Source of the DNA: Octopus sinensis
Taxonomy: Eukaryota
Direction: 5' to 3'
Assembly (NCBI RefSeq): GCF_006345805.1
Contig: NC_043005.1
Coordinates: 46,004,001-46,068,000 of the forward strand
DNA: 64,000 nucleotides
In this document: positions 63,293 through 64,000 of the stretch, one piece after another
How positions within the stretch are numbered: the first letter of the stretch is position 1
Layout of the letters: every line of letters begins with the position of its first letter
Program-made: the position numbers and the translations under genes
The notes under the pieces: generated by a model
Told to the model about the DNA's origin: nothing
Databases searched by the model: none
What the model saw: only the letters and a program-made list of their open reading frames with translations

Positions 63293-63776
63293 AATCAATA
63301 GACTGAAGGGGGAAAAAAATCTCTTATAAAAGCACGAAAACTTAACTCGTATACAAAATACATTAAGAAGTCGTGACTTTCATCTTTTCCCCCAGGACAT
63401 TAGCAGCGAAGATGAGTAACGATTGAGACTTGAGACCTTACTATATAAGCTTGTCTCTGCCAACCAGTGTTTCTCACGTGATTCAAATAATACTCTTCAA
63501 ATCCAGTAAGTACTATAACTGCGACGTCACAATCAATATTTACCGTGTCAACTTTTACTTCGTTTCCGTCAATAACATTGGATATAATTTGTTGGTTAGT
63601 AAATGTTGCTGACACTTTTCGCTGGATCTAAACTACAAGCATATATGCATATATATGTATATATATATATATGTGTATATATATATATGTTTTTGCATAT
63701 ACATATATACATATATTTATGTATATATATATATATAAAGGCTATTAATAATATAGAGAGTTGGTGGAAGCGCTTA

Positions 63777-64000
63777 AGGCGGCGAGCTGGCAGAAACGTT
63801 AGCGAGCCGGGCGAAATGCATAGCCGTATTTCGTCTGCCGCTACGTTCTGAGTTCAAATTCCGCCGAGGTCGACTTTGCCTTTCATCCTTTCGAGGTCAA
63901 AAACTTAATTACCCGTTACGCACTGGGGTCGATGTAATCGACTTAATCCGTTTTGTCTGTCCTTGTTTGTCCCCTCTGAGTTTAGCCCCTTGTGGGTAGT
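63777..64000 (+). mobile_element. SINE A1, runs to the window end
   Basis: Near-identical to 54511-54730. Confidence 0.92.

Overview
AT-rich, microsatellite- and retroposon-dense eukaryotic DNA. The SINE repertoire resembles Octopus (coleoid cephalopod), which is an inference from recall and not a database hit. I could not support any host-gene exon or genuine tRNA, rRNA or CRISPR array, so the window looks intergenic or intronic. Most listed ORFs are translated microsatellites or SINE reverse frames. Transposon-derived coding remnants: a near full-length Tx1/L1-clade LINE (28647-32774), a young CR1-type RT 3' fragment, RTE and RTE-X fragments, CRE-clade RT/RLE fragments, Penelope-like pieces and two mariner remnants. 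Non-coding elements: at least five tRNA-headed SINE families (my labels A, B, D, F, G), a non-autonomous Helitron, and hAT, Tc2-like, TA-flanked and Merlin-like MITEs. Best leads: (1) SINE subfamily A1 carries the 3' tail of the Tx1-like LINE and has similarly long TSDs, a candidate SINE/LINE pair; (2) two unrelated GG-ended MITE families with 8-bp TSDs both carry internal TTAGGG arrays, up to ~540 bp; (3) three X-SINE-X-SINE-X stacks suggest re-use of one insertion site; (4) a SINE concatemer bounded by a single TSD. Coordinates were counted by eye, and those marked ~ are approximate.
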